The notes beneath the pieces were generated by a model. That model ran no database searches and was not told the origin of the DNA. It saw only the letters and a list, made by a program, of their open reading frames with translations. Made by a program: the position numbers and the translations under genes. From Octopus sinensis (taxonomy: Eukaryota), in contig NC_043003.1 in NCBI RefSeq assembly GCF_006345805.1, positions 102,734,001-102,798,000 on the forward strand: a stretch of 64,000 bases of DNA. Reading direction: 5' to 3'. Every line of letters starts with the position of its first letter. The stretch's first letter is position 1. Below, piece by piece: positions 38,401-51,365 of the stretch.

Positions 38401-38853
38401 ATATAGATGCGAGTTATTCTACAAAATAGATGCGAGTTATTCTACACGATATAGTCTCGTAACGTAACAACAGAATCATTCAATGCAATCTAAGCAGAAT
38501 AATCAAAAGAGGAGATTAATCTCTAATTATCGATCCGATGATCCGTATCTCTTGAATATCTAAGGAATATCGAAAATAATGTTACAGCAACTGAAAAATA
38601 TGCTGTACTATATCTACAGGAAACTAATTCAAGAGCTAACTATATTTACACGAGAAAGACTGTGCGTTACTGATGCACCCCGTCTTATCTTTTTCTTTAA
38701 CTTTGAGGTGATGTAGCGTTTATCTTTATAGGCATTGCAAAGATTTACGTATTATTAATAGAGACGATCTCATGCAAGCAACTTACAAAGAAGCTTTCAT
38801 CGCTCTTGAAGCATGCACCCCAATCACACACACTCATATACATACATGGATAC

Positions 38854-38884
<31 letters not shown>

Positions 38885-38930
38885 CATACACACACATATA
38901 TATATATACATACACACACACACACACATA

Positions 38931-38962
<32 letters not shown>

Positions 38963-39178
38963 AATTAACAATTGAGGATAAAATCTTTAAAAGAAATTAT
39001 CAGTAGTCAGCGTGAAAAACCTCGTAAGAGAAAAAATCACATGTGATATGTAACTGAATTCTTTTTAAAATGATGTGTTTTGAAGTTTTGCATTCGGTAA
39101 AATTTTGTTTATTTTTAGTAGTTTTGACCGCATTGGTCCCTCTTAGCGTGTTGGTATCTACGAATAGTAGTACCCTCA

Positions 39179-39229
<51 letters not shown>

Positions 39230-39699
39230 GTAAACACATGTATGTATTATGTATGTATGCATGTATGTATGTATTTATGTATGCTCCAGAAGCTAATAAA
39301 AAAATGCCCGGATGGTGGTGTTTCCACTGGTAACAAATTTAAGATATCGTAATAACAGCGTTGGAAAGTTGTGGGGAAGAATTAGATATTCACGGGAAGA
39401 AACCAAAACACATAACATCTAATGCCATTTTAAAAATCTAAATAATAATAATACTAACAACAAGAACAATAATAATGATGATGGTGATGATGTCTTTTAT
39501 TTGCCACCAGAACGAAAGACGAAAGGGACAATACAAAGACAGACATAAAGTGGGGGAGGAGGAGTTTTAGATATGATGGAAGGATTAAAAAAGGTATGCA
39601 CGGTATACATTAGAAGAAGAGAGATATAGTATACACTAGAAGAAGAAGGAGAAGAAAGTGATAATGATGGGTCTCCCTAAAACAGAATGACCTCTAGGG

Positions 39700-42600
39700 A
39701 TAATCGAGGAACTGCATCATCCATGACCACCATGAACACCGAAGATAAGTGCCTTCTCCAACTCTTTGCTTCCGACTCACAGATCTACACTGACACTCGT
39801 ACCATCCACTCTTGCCATTTTCGCAACTTTCACCCACCTTTTCATAAATTCACTCGAGGACAGCACCTCTCTCTCCACCCTGACTTTCATTTTCAAGTGA
39901 AACTTGAAAAAGCCCATCAGGGTTTACCAAAGAGCGGCGCAAAGTGCTGCTGAAAAGCCGCACATATCTGCTCAGAACCGAATAGCAAGCATCCGTCCTG
40001 ATCCATCAGACTTGATCGTAGTTTTGTTTCTACGTCGCGTCTCTACCGTTCGGGCCCATGGACGGCTTTAATACCTTCGTGTTTTTAGCGCACGGGCCTT
40101 AGCTCTGACAACGCACCCTTCGTGTTTCACCTCAAAGAAATGATAAAGGGCCATTCTCGCCGCTAACACGTCGGCCGCGATGCCTTTACTGATAGTCTCT
40201 TCTAGCTTGCTAACTAGTTCTCCCTCTAATCTATCGATGATTCTACTTTAATCGCTCTCTTCAGAGCGATCCACCACCAGTTGTTGACGATAGCTAATCC
40301 GGTTCCTGTAATCTTTGCGAACCGGTAAGGACGCATTCAACTTCCAGTCTACGGGTCCAATCTAAACCGACAGCGCATATCACAAATTTTTGTGATATGT
40401 ATGCCTATCCTCTGACCTAACAAATACTCTATCTAAATACGATCTAGATGACCGGTTGAGGTTGTTCCATGTTCACACTGGTACATCAGGGAAATCCGTC
40501 GGTACCTGTCAGAAAACTGGAAAGTCCTGAGCAGGTTTTCGAAGCTTTTACACTTCCTTCTGCTATGTACTAAACTCACAAAGTCCTTTTGTGCATCCGA
40601 AATATTATTCCAGTTCCCCACCAATACTAAAGTGCGTGACGTTCTCAAGAATGTTTCTAGACGCCGGAAAAAATCTGGCCTCCCAGCTCCTTCGCAGCCA
40701 TTCACGTCCAGGACCACTACCCTCCCATCCGGATCCAGGAAGATAGCCCGAACTTGGAGATCTAAGGATTTCCGGAGTAGCACTACAACACTGCCACTCG
40801 CTCCCGATAGACCACAAGATGAGAATACTTTGTAATCCTCAAAAATGGATGCTAGAGCGTATTTTCTGGAGATCCTTGTTTCACTAATGGCAGCCACATC
40901 TATATCAAGCGACCTGAGATCATTTAGCAAGTGGCTTGCTTCCAAGCTGATCCCAGGCCACGCACATTCACACGCCCCATTCTCAGCACAGTCATGCTAG
41001 TCGGAGAAAGAAAATGAAGAGGTTACTAACCTTGATTTTCGAGAAGCCCGGAAGTTCTAAGCCTCTCTACTGGCGAAGACTTTTTAAGAGGCTCCGCCAA
41101 CAGCCTTTCATCAACTGATCTTTTTTTAAATCCCCACACTACATGGGAATTATTCCCTTATAATTTTATAAACGCCTGACGAAGTTTTAATTAAAATTCT
41201 GTCCTTAGAGGTTTTGAGGATGAAATCCTAAAATTCATTTCCCTCTGTCTCTATTTTGTTTTTGTTTTGACTTACAAAATCCATCAATTCTTTGCTGTAC
41301 TTGTTTACAAACAGTGAAATTGATGGAAACATTTCGTCTACAGTCTGAGGAATATTCTTGTTTTTGAAGTTCGGTAATTGGTTGTTTCTGTGTTTCTGTG
41401 ATTTCATGCTGTTGTTGTTGATGATGTTGCTGTTTTTGAACTTGTTGTTCTTGTTCTTGCTGTTTTTGTTGGAGTGGTTGTGAATTGTGTTGCAATTGTG
41501 ATTTCAGTATATCGTTTTGTTGATTTCTTGGATTGGGGCTCTGTACTCTCCTCCTCTTTCGCCTACTCCCTTTTGTCACTGTGATCCTTTGATCGTTCAG
41601 CTTTTCTTTCTCCATGTCATTGCAGTTGATGTTGCTGTTGCTGTTGAGCGAAGTGGTCTTCGTCCCAGAGCTCGCAAGATGGGAGAAGTCCGAAACGTGG
41701 TCCTTTGCTATTCGTAAGACACGCAGAAGAGAAAGCAGGTCAACCCCCGACACTGAGAGCATCGACGGATGGATGAATGTGCATCCAGGGTCAGCGGTTG
41801 TTTTTGTTGGAGTGGTTGTGAATTGTGTTGCAATTGTGATTTCCGTATAACCTTTTGTTGAGTTCTTGGAGCAGGGATATGTACTCTCCCCCGTCTTTCA
41901 CCCACCCGCTTTTGTCACTGTGATCCTTTGATCGTTCAGCTCTTCTTCTTCATGTCATTCTAGTCGATGTTGGTCTGGGAGGTTGCTTTCCACTGGCGAC
42001 TGGAGGTCGACTCCTTATTGGTTCGGGAGTGGGTGTGTGCGTTGATGTGGGTGTAGGTGAAGGAGTCTTGAACACTTGTTCATGACTTTACGTCCGTGGT
42101 GTTTGTAGTGCTGATAGCAGTGGGAGTTTATTTTTTCTTGTTTCAGGGCAAGAAGGCTACCCTTCTCCCATTCCTTTATATATTTTTTCTTGCCATTTTA
42201 AAATCTTCTTCGTTTATGCGAATATTTTCCATATTTCTCGTCACAAACGCAAAAGAAGTGGAGGCGATATTCACGTTTTTATGTTTCAGTTCTTTCGTAT
42301 TGTTGTTGTTGTTGTTATTGTGGCTGTCGTCGTCATTGTTGTTGTTGTTGTTATCACTGCTGCTGCTGTTGCTGTTGTTGTTATTGTCGTTGCCGACACT
42401 GAAAGTTTTGACGTTGCTTAGAGACTAAACATCATTCGCCTCGGTGACGTCATTATGCTTAGGTCATTCGATATTCTTCTTCTCATTTTTTTTCCGACGA
42501 GGAACGCGTTCTTTGTCGAACATTATGATGGCTTCTTTATCAGCCAACTTTAATTAAATAACAAAAACAGCATATTATTATTTTTTCCGAAAGTTGTTAA

Positions 42601-42780
42601 AATTCAAAAACTATTGATGCGCACCTCCTGCAAAATACCATCTGCGCAGTCGAGATAGTCTCAGAAATGCAATGGTAACAATAAAATGAAAACACGGGAC
42701 CTTAGATTACAAACACTATTTCAATTTACGGAGCTCCAAATTTTCGTGACGTTACAGTATGGCGGCCATAATGATAATAA
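39700..42780 (-). mobile_element. L1/Tx1-clade LINE 5' half: putative 5' UTR, decayed N/Q-rich ORF1, APE endonuclease (ORF2 ATG at 40995); RT missing
   Basis: MTVLRMGRVNVRGLG, DIDVAAISETR, LVLVGNWN, YLDRVFVR, WKLNASL, KHEGCVVRAKARALK. Frameshifts and stops present. Confidence 0.8.
41622..41798 (-). mobile_element. 5'-truncated family C SINE (tail type 2) between 161-bp direct repeats
   Basis: About 95% similar to 27300-27470; flanks 41461-41621 and 41799-41959 are homologous. Confidence 0.85.
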
Positions 42781-42944
42781 TAATAATAGCAACAACAACA
42801 ACAACAACAATAATAATGATGATGATGATGATGATTGTTTCAAATTTGAGTAAAGGGTTAAATTAATTGCATCGATCCCAGTGCTGAGCTGGTACTTATT
42901 TTATCGACTCCGAATGGATGAACGGAAAAGGTGATCCCGATAAG

Positions 42945-42990
<46 letters not shown>

Positions 42991-43000
42991 CAGCAGCAGC

Positions 43001-43037
<37 letters not shown>

Positions 43038-43040
43038 ACA
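42780..43040. repeat. (AAT/AAC/GAT)n and (TAG)n arrays around a partial family A SINE (42840-42925, minus)
   Basis: Direct reading. Confidence 0.85.
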
Positions 43041-43079
43041 ACCCTAGCCATGAAGAAGTTAGCACGAATAATCATAAAA

Positions 43080-44400
43080 TATATAAAACATTCCATGAAT
43101 AAATGAACTAGATACGATAGAACACACACAAATGAAAGAGAAGAAACGACAACTATAGACGAGTCAGATTAATACTGAAAACAGAGCTCAATGCGAAAAA
43201 CAAGATAATAGGTACCAACACTCTAGTCATTTCAGTTATAAGTTACAGCTACAATATCCTTAACTGGACACTAAATGAACTAATCAAAATAGACAGGGAA
43301 GCAAGAAAAATAACGATGGGATTTTGAATGCACCGCCCAAAATCTGACACAGAAAGGTTATATATATACAACGTATCGAAGGTGGTAGAGGCCTTATACA
43401 GCTAGAAAACTATTATAAAATAACCACCATAGGACTGCACAAATACTTACTTCAGAAGCAAGGAAAACTAATACAAATAACCACAAAACACGAACAAAAC
43501 AAAAAAAGCTGTTTCCTGTTTTTAAGGAAGCTGACAAATACAAAAAAATTGTCATAATACCTAACAGTTATGAAGAAAAAGAGGAAACAACAAAAGCTTT
43601 AAAACAACTGAAATCCAAACTAAAACTTGAACAGCAACAGATCATGATAAAACGATGGCAAGAAAAGCCGCTACATGGCAAATATTGGGTTAAGCTAAAT
43701 AGAATAGAAATAGGCAAAGCGAAATCTCAACAATAGCTGAGAAGCTCAGGACTCAAAGCAAAGACAGAAGGATTGTTGACTGCAGTACAAGAACAAAACC
43801 ATCCCACCAGAAATCACCAAAAACATGTAATGAAAAGAAATACAAGTAACTGTAGAATATGTGGTGATGGAAAAGAAACAATAAATCGTATTGTTTTTGG
43901 CTACCCAGTCATAGCTAAGAAGGAATGTATTCACAAACACAACAGAGTTGGGACCTACATACACTGGAAGCTATGCCAGCACTATAGGATAACAACAAAA
44001 AAAAAGATGGTATAGGCACACCCCAGAAAAGGCCACAGAAAATGAGAAAGCAACCATACACTGGGATATGCCAATACACACAGATAGAGAAATTAAGGCC
44101 AAGAGGCCGGATATAGTTGTCAGAGATCACGAAGATAAAAAAATGTTTTCCAGACGATGTATCAATACCAACAGACGACAATGGTTCTCTAAAACAACCG
44201 AGAAACTTTCAAAATACAAAGATCTGAAAATAGAGGTAACTCAAATGTGGAACCTAAAAACCGAAACAATTCCTATTATAGGTGCATTAGGTATGATAAA
44301 AAAACATTCAGACAAATACATAACAAAAACACCAGAACTAACAAGTATATATAACATACAGTAAATAACACATCCTACGTAAAACACTTTCAATACAGGG
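43080..44400 (+). mobile_element. R4/Dong-like retrotransposon 3' half (RT thumb, CCHC finger, PD..D endonuclease), decayed
   Basis: ELNAKNKI, GGRGLIQLE, KPLHGKY, CRICGDGKETINRIV, AKRPDIVVRD, KLSKYKDLKIEV, IIGALG. Confidence 0.92.
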
Positions 44401-44684
44401 AAAATAAAAGTACCACAACAAACTACAGCACAGTATAATAAACACAAATACATACACGCGCACGCACACATTTTATTGAATTCGGTGTTTAAATTTTATA
44501 CAAAGGACTACTTTTTCTGTGTAAGTATGGACATTGTCGTCGTACTGTGTTTGAAATAAGTGCATATTTGTTTCAGTAATTAAAAGAACTAATCAACATA
44601 AAAGCTACGTTTTTTGTTTATAATATGTTTATGCACACACACACACACATATATATGTGTGTATGTGTGTATACATACATATAT

Positions 44685-44733
<49 letters not shown>

Positions 44734-45261
44734 CACACACACATGCATATGTATACGTACATACATATACACATCACACGCACACACATATATATTAGAC
44801 ATTCATATTGTGTGTATATTGAAAATGATCAATAACTATTATTGAGTGTTAACTATATTATAAGTGGTGTCTGTTCTATGATTTTTGGTCTATAAAGGCC
44901 AATTATACCACCACCATCATCATCATCATCATTATCATCACCATCGTCGTCATCAGTTTCATCATTTCCATCGTCGCCATCATGTTTGTTAGTAGTTTAC
45001 ATTATCAGCCTCTCCAATAAACAGATATTAGAACTTCTAATTAACTCTCTTAGCTTGTAGCCAAATCACATACGCACCCATCTGTGTCGTCTTAAATAAG
45101 AACAAAATAGATGGCCATAGCTGGAATGTCTTTGATAATAATTCTGCTCAAAAAGCGATGTTTTCTGAGTGGGTTGACTCATTGTTATTTCCTTTACAGC
45201 TCCTGCCCAAAAGCTTCCTTCAACTGGACAGCTGATATTTATTGTTGTTATCGTTATTATT

Positions 45262-45515
45262 AAGGCGGCGAGCGAGCATAATTGCTGATGCCCCATCTTT
45301 ACGTTCTGAATTCATTCTTCCCCGGGGTCCACTTTGTTTCTCGTTCTTTCGGAGTCGATAAAATATTTACCAGTTGAGCACTATGGTCGATATAACTTCC
45401 CCCCCCCCACTCAAAAACTGCTAACACTGAGCTCAAAATTTGAAACCATCATGAAGACGCCGAGCTGATAGAATCGTTTGCACATCAGACAAAATACTTA
45501 GCAGCATTTTGTCCC
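45262..45515 (+). mobile_element. Degenerate family A SINE plus second head
   Basis: AAGGCGGCGAGCGAGC...GTTCTGAATTC...TTTGAAACC. Confidence 0.7.
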
Positions 45516-45529
45516 CAGCTCTGACAAAA

Positions 45530-46050
45530 GGCGATGGTTTTCTTGGAGGCCACTCCAGGTCATCAGCATCACTCGAACTAATCAAAAACTTCGCATAAGA
45601 CAAATGCCTGCTCGAATAATTTCACGTTTTCCCACTTTATTTCTAACCCCAAATGACTTTTTGATATCTTGCACTATGTCTTTTACCATTTCTAAGTCAA
45701 GAATTCTGTCAACTCTGTAAAAGGAAGCTACTTTATATTCTTAAACACGTTTATAGAGCTTGCTTATCGATGTAAACATTGGCAGAAACATACCTTTAGT
45801 CCATATAAGTGATAACTACCATTCTATATTATTTGAACACTGATTTTCTTCTTACATGTATCTATTTCCCAGCCTTTATTTTAATTCACATATCGCTCTA
45901 TATTTCTCCTTTATTAGTTTTCTGCTTATTTCTTTTCTTTACCCTTTCTCTATCTATAGGCTTTCTTTGACGTTATATCTTCTAACTTTTTTTAAAAATC
46001 TAATAGCGTTCCGTTCATCATTATACACATCCATCACATTCTGTTAAAAT
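45530..46050 (-). mobile_element. Possible PLE ORF N-terminal region, decayed
   Basis: NAIRFLKKVRRYNVKE...KVASFYRVDRILDLEMVKDIVQDIKK resembles a PLE N-terminus and lies next to an oppositely oriented hammerhead pLTR. Confidence 0.4.
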
Positions 46051-46093
46051 GTCTTATTGATGAGTTTGGTTTCTTTCTTTCTTTCTTTCTTTC

Positions 46094-46180
46094 TTTCCCT
46101 GATGTGAAGATTACATTGTTTTACATCATTTTATTCCTTTGGAACAATACCAATGTTGTCTTCGAAACATATGTCGGAAG
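46094..46180 (+). ncRNA. Type-I hammerhead motif with 48-nt helix II insert (A9->U)
   Basis: TTTCC CTGATGT GAAGA TT ACATTG...CAATGT TG TCTTC GAAA CATATG TC|GGAAG. Confidence 0.65.
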
Positions 46181-46420
46181 TAAAAAGAATTTGAATAACA
46201 CCTGCGTTTAACTCCATTTATATATATATCGTTGTTGTTGTTAAATGCTCCAAATACGAGGCTAGAAAGACAGCCAACAACTGATGAAGGTCGTTTTTTA
46301 TGGTGTTTGTTTTGTTTTCCATTTGTATCTTTCGTTGTTCGAAGGAATAGTTTATGTTCCATGTACTCGTGCTTCGTACTTCTTTGTTGTACACGTTTCG
46401 TGACGTACTGTGGCTGCATA

Positions 46421-46550
<130 letters not shown>

Positions 46551-46625
46551 TCAGATGAATATATTACTTAAGTCAAAGGCACCAGAATGTTGTATGGTAT
46601 TATCCATATAAATCCACGGGGTGAT

Positions 46626-47003
46626 TATAATCAAAATAAGCAACAAGTATATCTGTGGTAATGTGGTGCGATCGTTTCATGCTACTTCATTTTATTAAAC
46701 ACTGTAAGCATACATTGCTTACAGTTATTAAACACTGTAAACACTACTCAGAGAGTAGTTTTAATACTATCATGTTCTTAAGGGAGAAATCAACTCTCTG
46801 TCTCTATTTCTACCCTCTTTATAATGTTGGCAAATGAATTAGGGATAAGAATGTGCATTGTCCGGTTGTTTGGAAAATTTCTAAAGGTGGCTGAAGATTG
46901 CTCAACATTTTAAAACTGATGTAATATTTACAGTGTTTAATAAAATGAAGTAGCATGAAACGATCGTACCACACAACCTCGGATATACTTGTTGCTTATT
47001 TTG

Positions 47004-47009
<6 letters not shown>
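46626..47009. mobile_element. PLE-derived fold-back (arms 46626-46707 and 46928-47009)
   Basis: About 82-bp inverted arms. The spacer encodes FLREKSTLCLYFYPLYNVGK*, resembling a PLE C-terminus, and the start of a hammerhead. Confidence 0.7.
46887..46972 (+). ncRNA. Type-I hammerhead motif with 49-nt helix II insert
   Basis: GTGG CTGAAGA T TGCT..49 nt..AGCA T GAAA CGATCG TA|CCAC; canonical core. Confidence 0.7.
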
Positions 47010-47044
<35 letters not shown>

Positions 47045-47602
47045 TTGCCTACCTACCTCTCTACCAACCTACCTACTTTCCTACATGCATACGTACATAC
47101 ATTAGTAAAATGATATATTAGCTAAATTCTTCGGGTCAAGAGCCACACTGTTCTGTGACACGTATTTTCTTTTACTTGGACTTTACTAGTATCTATATGT
47201 CTTCTGGGCTCGGAAATCTGTCAAAAACAGTTACTGCCGTCATCATTGCTACTTGCAATATCACATTATAAAATTTGTGTCACTTTTTCTTTTGATCTCT
47301 AACTGTAACTGTTCCTCCTTATAACAACGTCTGGTTATTCAGTTCCAATTTTTGTCTGTTTTTTTTTTCTGTCTTTTCACAGTCTCTTTCTGCAACCGTT
47401 TATGGCATATATTCACTGTACCATAATCTAGACTAGTATATCCTCTCGCCATTACAGAAGTGGCTATCGTGTACCATTAATGAACAAAGCAAAATGAATG
47501 CTTGCAGAAAGATATGTACACAATAAAAATGTCTTTTTTTTTTCCTTTTGGAAGTATTTTGCGGAAGAAAGGAAAACGAAACACTTTTTTTTCTCATACA
47601 TT

Positions 47603-47657
47603 AATCCCGAAAGAAATCACCTCCTAAATAGAGTGCTGTGAAACGCATGCGTCGACC
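47603..47657 (+). ncRNA. Decayed hammerhead-like motif
   Basis: GAAA CGCATGCG TC (10-nt palindrome, GUC) preceded by a CAC-CTC/GAG-TG stem and a degenerate core (CCGAAAGA). Confidence 0.3.
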
Positions 47658-47967
47658 ACTACACCAACCATCACCACCACCGCCGCCGCCACCACCACCA
47701 CCACCATCACAACCACCACCGCCGCTACTACTACTACTACTACTTCAGCAGTGACTAAAATGATTTTATCTTTATTAGCCTCAAGGGCTCGGAGAGATGC
47801 AAATAGTACGAAACTTTGACAAGGGGTTAGAAAGAGAGAAAAGATACCGTAGAGTATAAATAGAAAATGCGTTTACAAATTACAATTGGAAGGGCAAGAG
47901 ACGTTATGGAATGTATGGAATGGCATATTCAGAATTTTAAAGGTGCACAGGCCTACATACACAAACA

Positions 47968-48009
<42 letters not shown>

Positions 48010-48014
<5 letters not shown>

Positions 48015-48160
48015 CTCAACTGCCATTTATTTTATCAACCCTGAAAGGATGAAAGGCAAAGTTGACCACGGCGGAATTTGAACTCAGAAAGTAGTGACGA
48101 GTGAAATGCCGCTAAGAGTTGTGCCCGGTGTGCTGACGATTCTGCCAGCTCACCGTCTTA
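48010..48160 (-). mobile_element. Family A SINE, partial
   Basis: Reverse complement of head and body. Confidence 0.8.
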
Positions 48161-48199
48161 AATTTAAAACAATATAATGAATGGAAGTGAAATAGATAG

Positions 48200-49090
48200 G
48201 ATTATTACTTAGGTTGAATTCGGGTGCTCCCCGGCTTCGTTCATATAACTATTTCTCAAATTCTGAACTGAGTGCAGCCAACTGCACCAGTAAGCATTTC
48301 TTGAGATATTTGGTGTTCCTGTATGACTCTGTTGTGCTTGCGTATCTTATGATTTTGTAAATCCGTTTTGACATCTCCAATATCCAGGTCATTTGTTAAA
48401 CCTATTTTGACTTCCCTGCCATATCGCGATACAAATGGGACTATTACCCATGGATCTACGTTGTTGCTAGTGTCTCTTGATGTCGTCCCTTTGCGTTTCT
48501 TTGACCCATGTACTGAATCAAAAATGTGTAGTCAGAGTTATGTCTAACAATTTTGTGTGTTTTGGTTGATTCTTTAATTTAAAGGTACAGCAGATAGTGC
48601 CAGAGCTTTTGCCATTTTCAGTTGAGAGAAACGTCTGATACGTTTTGGGAAGTCATGTTCTGAAGGAAAATTTAGTCGGCTTCCGTTTTTGCTTAAGCAG
48701 AAATACATTCCATTTTTCTCTCTTTTGAATTATCGCCTGATTATCTCCAGTGGCAAAGAAATGCCGTTCGGTTTTGTGGAATTCTCTGGTTTACATATAT
48801 TTCTTGTAATTGCGATAGATTAAAAAAAGTCTATTTGTTCATTTATATTAAAGGAAAGCTTAGCTTCATACAACTGTTGTATGAACGGCCTTCAGTATTT
48901 GAATTCGTGTACAAGCTTTTGCTGTTCTTATTATAATTGCTGTCATTGGGATTAGTTATCTGACTTATCTGATTATGTGGGACATTTTCTTCTTTCAACG
49001 TTCCTTTTCTTCTATTTCTTTTTTATGTTTCAACCCAAAGGTTGTAGCTATGCTGAGCACAACCAGTGTAATTTACCCTTTTCACCAGCC
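48200..49090 (-). mobile_element. Highly decayed R4/Dong-like N-terminal/RT-proximal fragment
   Basis: Fragments such as RKFHKTERHFF, PGYW...FTKS and EMLTG align with the 53050-55365 element. Confidence 0.5.
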
Positions 49091-49139
49091 ATTCTTATGC
49101 GATTTGCTTTAGGTGAAGGCGAGACTTCGACTCCAGTAT

Positions 49140-49455
49140 TTTATCGGTCCTGAAAGTCTCGGCGGAATTTGAACTTAAAAAGTAAGGAGCCAAAAGAAAT
49201 GCAGTTGAGCGTTTTGCCCGATGCGCCAACGTTTCTACCGGATCGCTGTCTTCTTTCTAATTTTAGCACAAGACTAGAAATTTCGAGTGGAATGTCGATT
49301 ACATCGATACCAGTCTTTGATTGGTATTTTATTTTATTGACACCATAAGGGATGAAATGCATATTTGACCTCAGCAGGATTTGAGTTCAGAACGTAGCGC
49401 CCGAAGAAATGCCGCTAAGCATTTTGTCCAACGCGCTGACGATTTTGCCAGCTCG
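49140..49455 (-). mobile_element. Two tandem family A SINEs
   Basis: Two reverse-complemented heads and bodies. Confidence 0.75.
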
Positions 49456-50369
49456 TCTGATAGTTAAAGTGCTATCAGTATTAATAAAACCTGATATATA
49501 ACATTGACTTGGCAATGGATACAATAGGTCACGTCTGTTCAGATTGACAAGGTGGTTAAAATAAAAAAAAAGCCGTAGATATCATAAACGAAAGTTAGTA
49601 AATGAAAATCTAAGTACTTTGATTACATAGGTTTTAAATTTACTAACTTTGAGAGACATCTTGATCCCTTTCTTAACCAAAATGTAACCTGGAAGAAAAT
49701 CGTAAAATTATAAAGGTACAAGAAACTTAAAAAAGAAATTTAAAATTTAGAATATGAACTTAAAGATGGGTTAATAATAATGATACGCTCGTTGTGATTA
49801 AAGAAAGGAGCATAAAGAAAAGTATAAACAAATTTGGTTGCCCGATTTTTATACACGATCTAAAATGTAGCTTTATACATATTTTAAGCAAGACACTTAA
49901 AATTTGTATAACAAAGCTCACACAAAACAGACACTGTGCAATCAGCTGATACTATAACCCAAGTCATACAAAGCATTTTTATTACACAATTGCCATCACT
50001 ACTCGAGCATACGTCATGCAATGCATTTTCTCCACAGGGTCGTGTTATACACAACACAAGGCATTCGCCTTAAGCGTTAAAACCTGGCGACACTTCACAA
50101 ATTCTGTATAACATTATTTCTTATTATATTTCTTAATTCAACAAAAATACAGAGAGGAAAAGAGGTCACTTACAGAACAGAAGTGAATGGAGTGGATGGG
50201 GAAGAAAGGGGTCACCTGTTACACAATTCGGCATTAAACATTTAACTTGCCAAATAAACAGATTTATTAGCGATAGTCGTGAAAATAATACTATAGATCC
50301 CTTACGTGCTAGTTAATGGTCATTTTTCACCTGCGTTTTCCAGCTTGAGTGAAGGTCATTGCAAGAGGA

Positions 50370-50491
50370 ATTTGCAGATATCACTAGAAAGGTGGTCGAA
50401 AAATAAGTACCAGCTAAACACTGGGGTTGATGTAATCGATTTAACTCCATCCACTCCTAAAATTGCTGGCTCTGTGCTAAAATTTGAAACT

Positions 50492-50543
<52 letters not shown>

Positions 50544-50736
50544 CCATCATCACCAAGGCGGCGAGCTGGCAGAATTGTTAGCACGCTGGACAAAATGCTT
50601 AGCACTATTTCATCCGTCTTTACGCTTTAAGTTCACATTCCAACGAAGCTAACTTTTATCCTTTCGAACACTGGGGACGGCTGAAGTAATCGGCTTACTC
50701 CCGCCCCCGAAATTGCAAGCCCTCTGCTAAAATTCC

Positions 50737-50772
<36 letters not shown>

Positions 50773-51207
50773 CCATCATCATCATTAAGGTGGTGAGTTA
50801 GCAGCAACGCCAGCTCACCGAAAAAAATGCTTTGCAGGATACGTCCATCTGTACATCTCAGGTTCAAATTCCACTGAGGTGAAGTTTGTCTTTCATCTTT
50901 TCGGAGTCGATGAAATAAGTACTAGTCAATGTATTCGACTCACCCACTCCCCTAAAATTGCTGGCTTTGTGTCAAAATTTGAAATCCTAATTAATAAGAA
51001 TAATGATAATAATATTTTTGGTAAAAGGCCAACATTTTCGGGGGAGGTGTTAAGTCGCCTCCAGTGTTCAACTGGTGCTTATTTATCGACCCCGAAACGA
51101 TGAGTGGATGAAACCTCGGCGAAATTCGAACTCAGAACGTGAAGATGGACAAAATACCGCTAAGCATTTCGCCCGGTGTGCTAACGATTCTGTCATCTCG
51201 CCACCTT
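50370..51207. mobile_element. Cluster of four family A SINEs (three +, one -) separated by (CAT)n tails
   Basis: Heads at 50555 and 50787 (+) and 51207 (-); (ATC)n runs after TTTGAAAC tails. Confidence 0.8.
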
Positions 51208-51298
51208 AAGAAGAAGAAGAAGAAGAAGAAGAGAAGAAGAAGAAGAAGAAGAAGAAGAAGAAGAAGAAGAAGAAGAAGAAGAAGAAGAGAAGAAGAAG

Positions 51299-51329
<31 letters not shown>

Positions 51330-51365
51330 TGATGATGATGATGGTGGTGGTGGTGGTGGTGGTGA
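51207..51365. repeat. (AAG)n/(GAT)n/(GGT)n microsatellite
   Basis: Direct reading. Confidence 0.95.

Noticed and set aside
41170-41215. CTGACGA followed by a hairpin (hammerhead?)
   Set aside because: No GAAA or NUH follows; it lies within the LINE ORF1 remnant.
41235-41762. 175-aa polyQ ORF
   Set aside because: Chimera of a SINE tail and decayed LINE ORF1; not a gene.
46340-46400. Hammerhead 3' half on the minus strand (GAAACGTGTA)
   Set aside because: No CUGANGA upstream; truncated by a (TA)n array.
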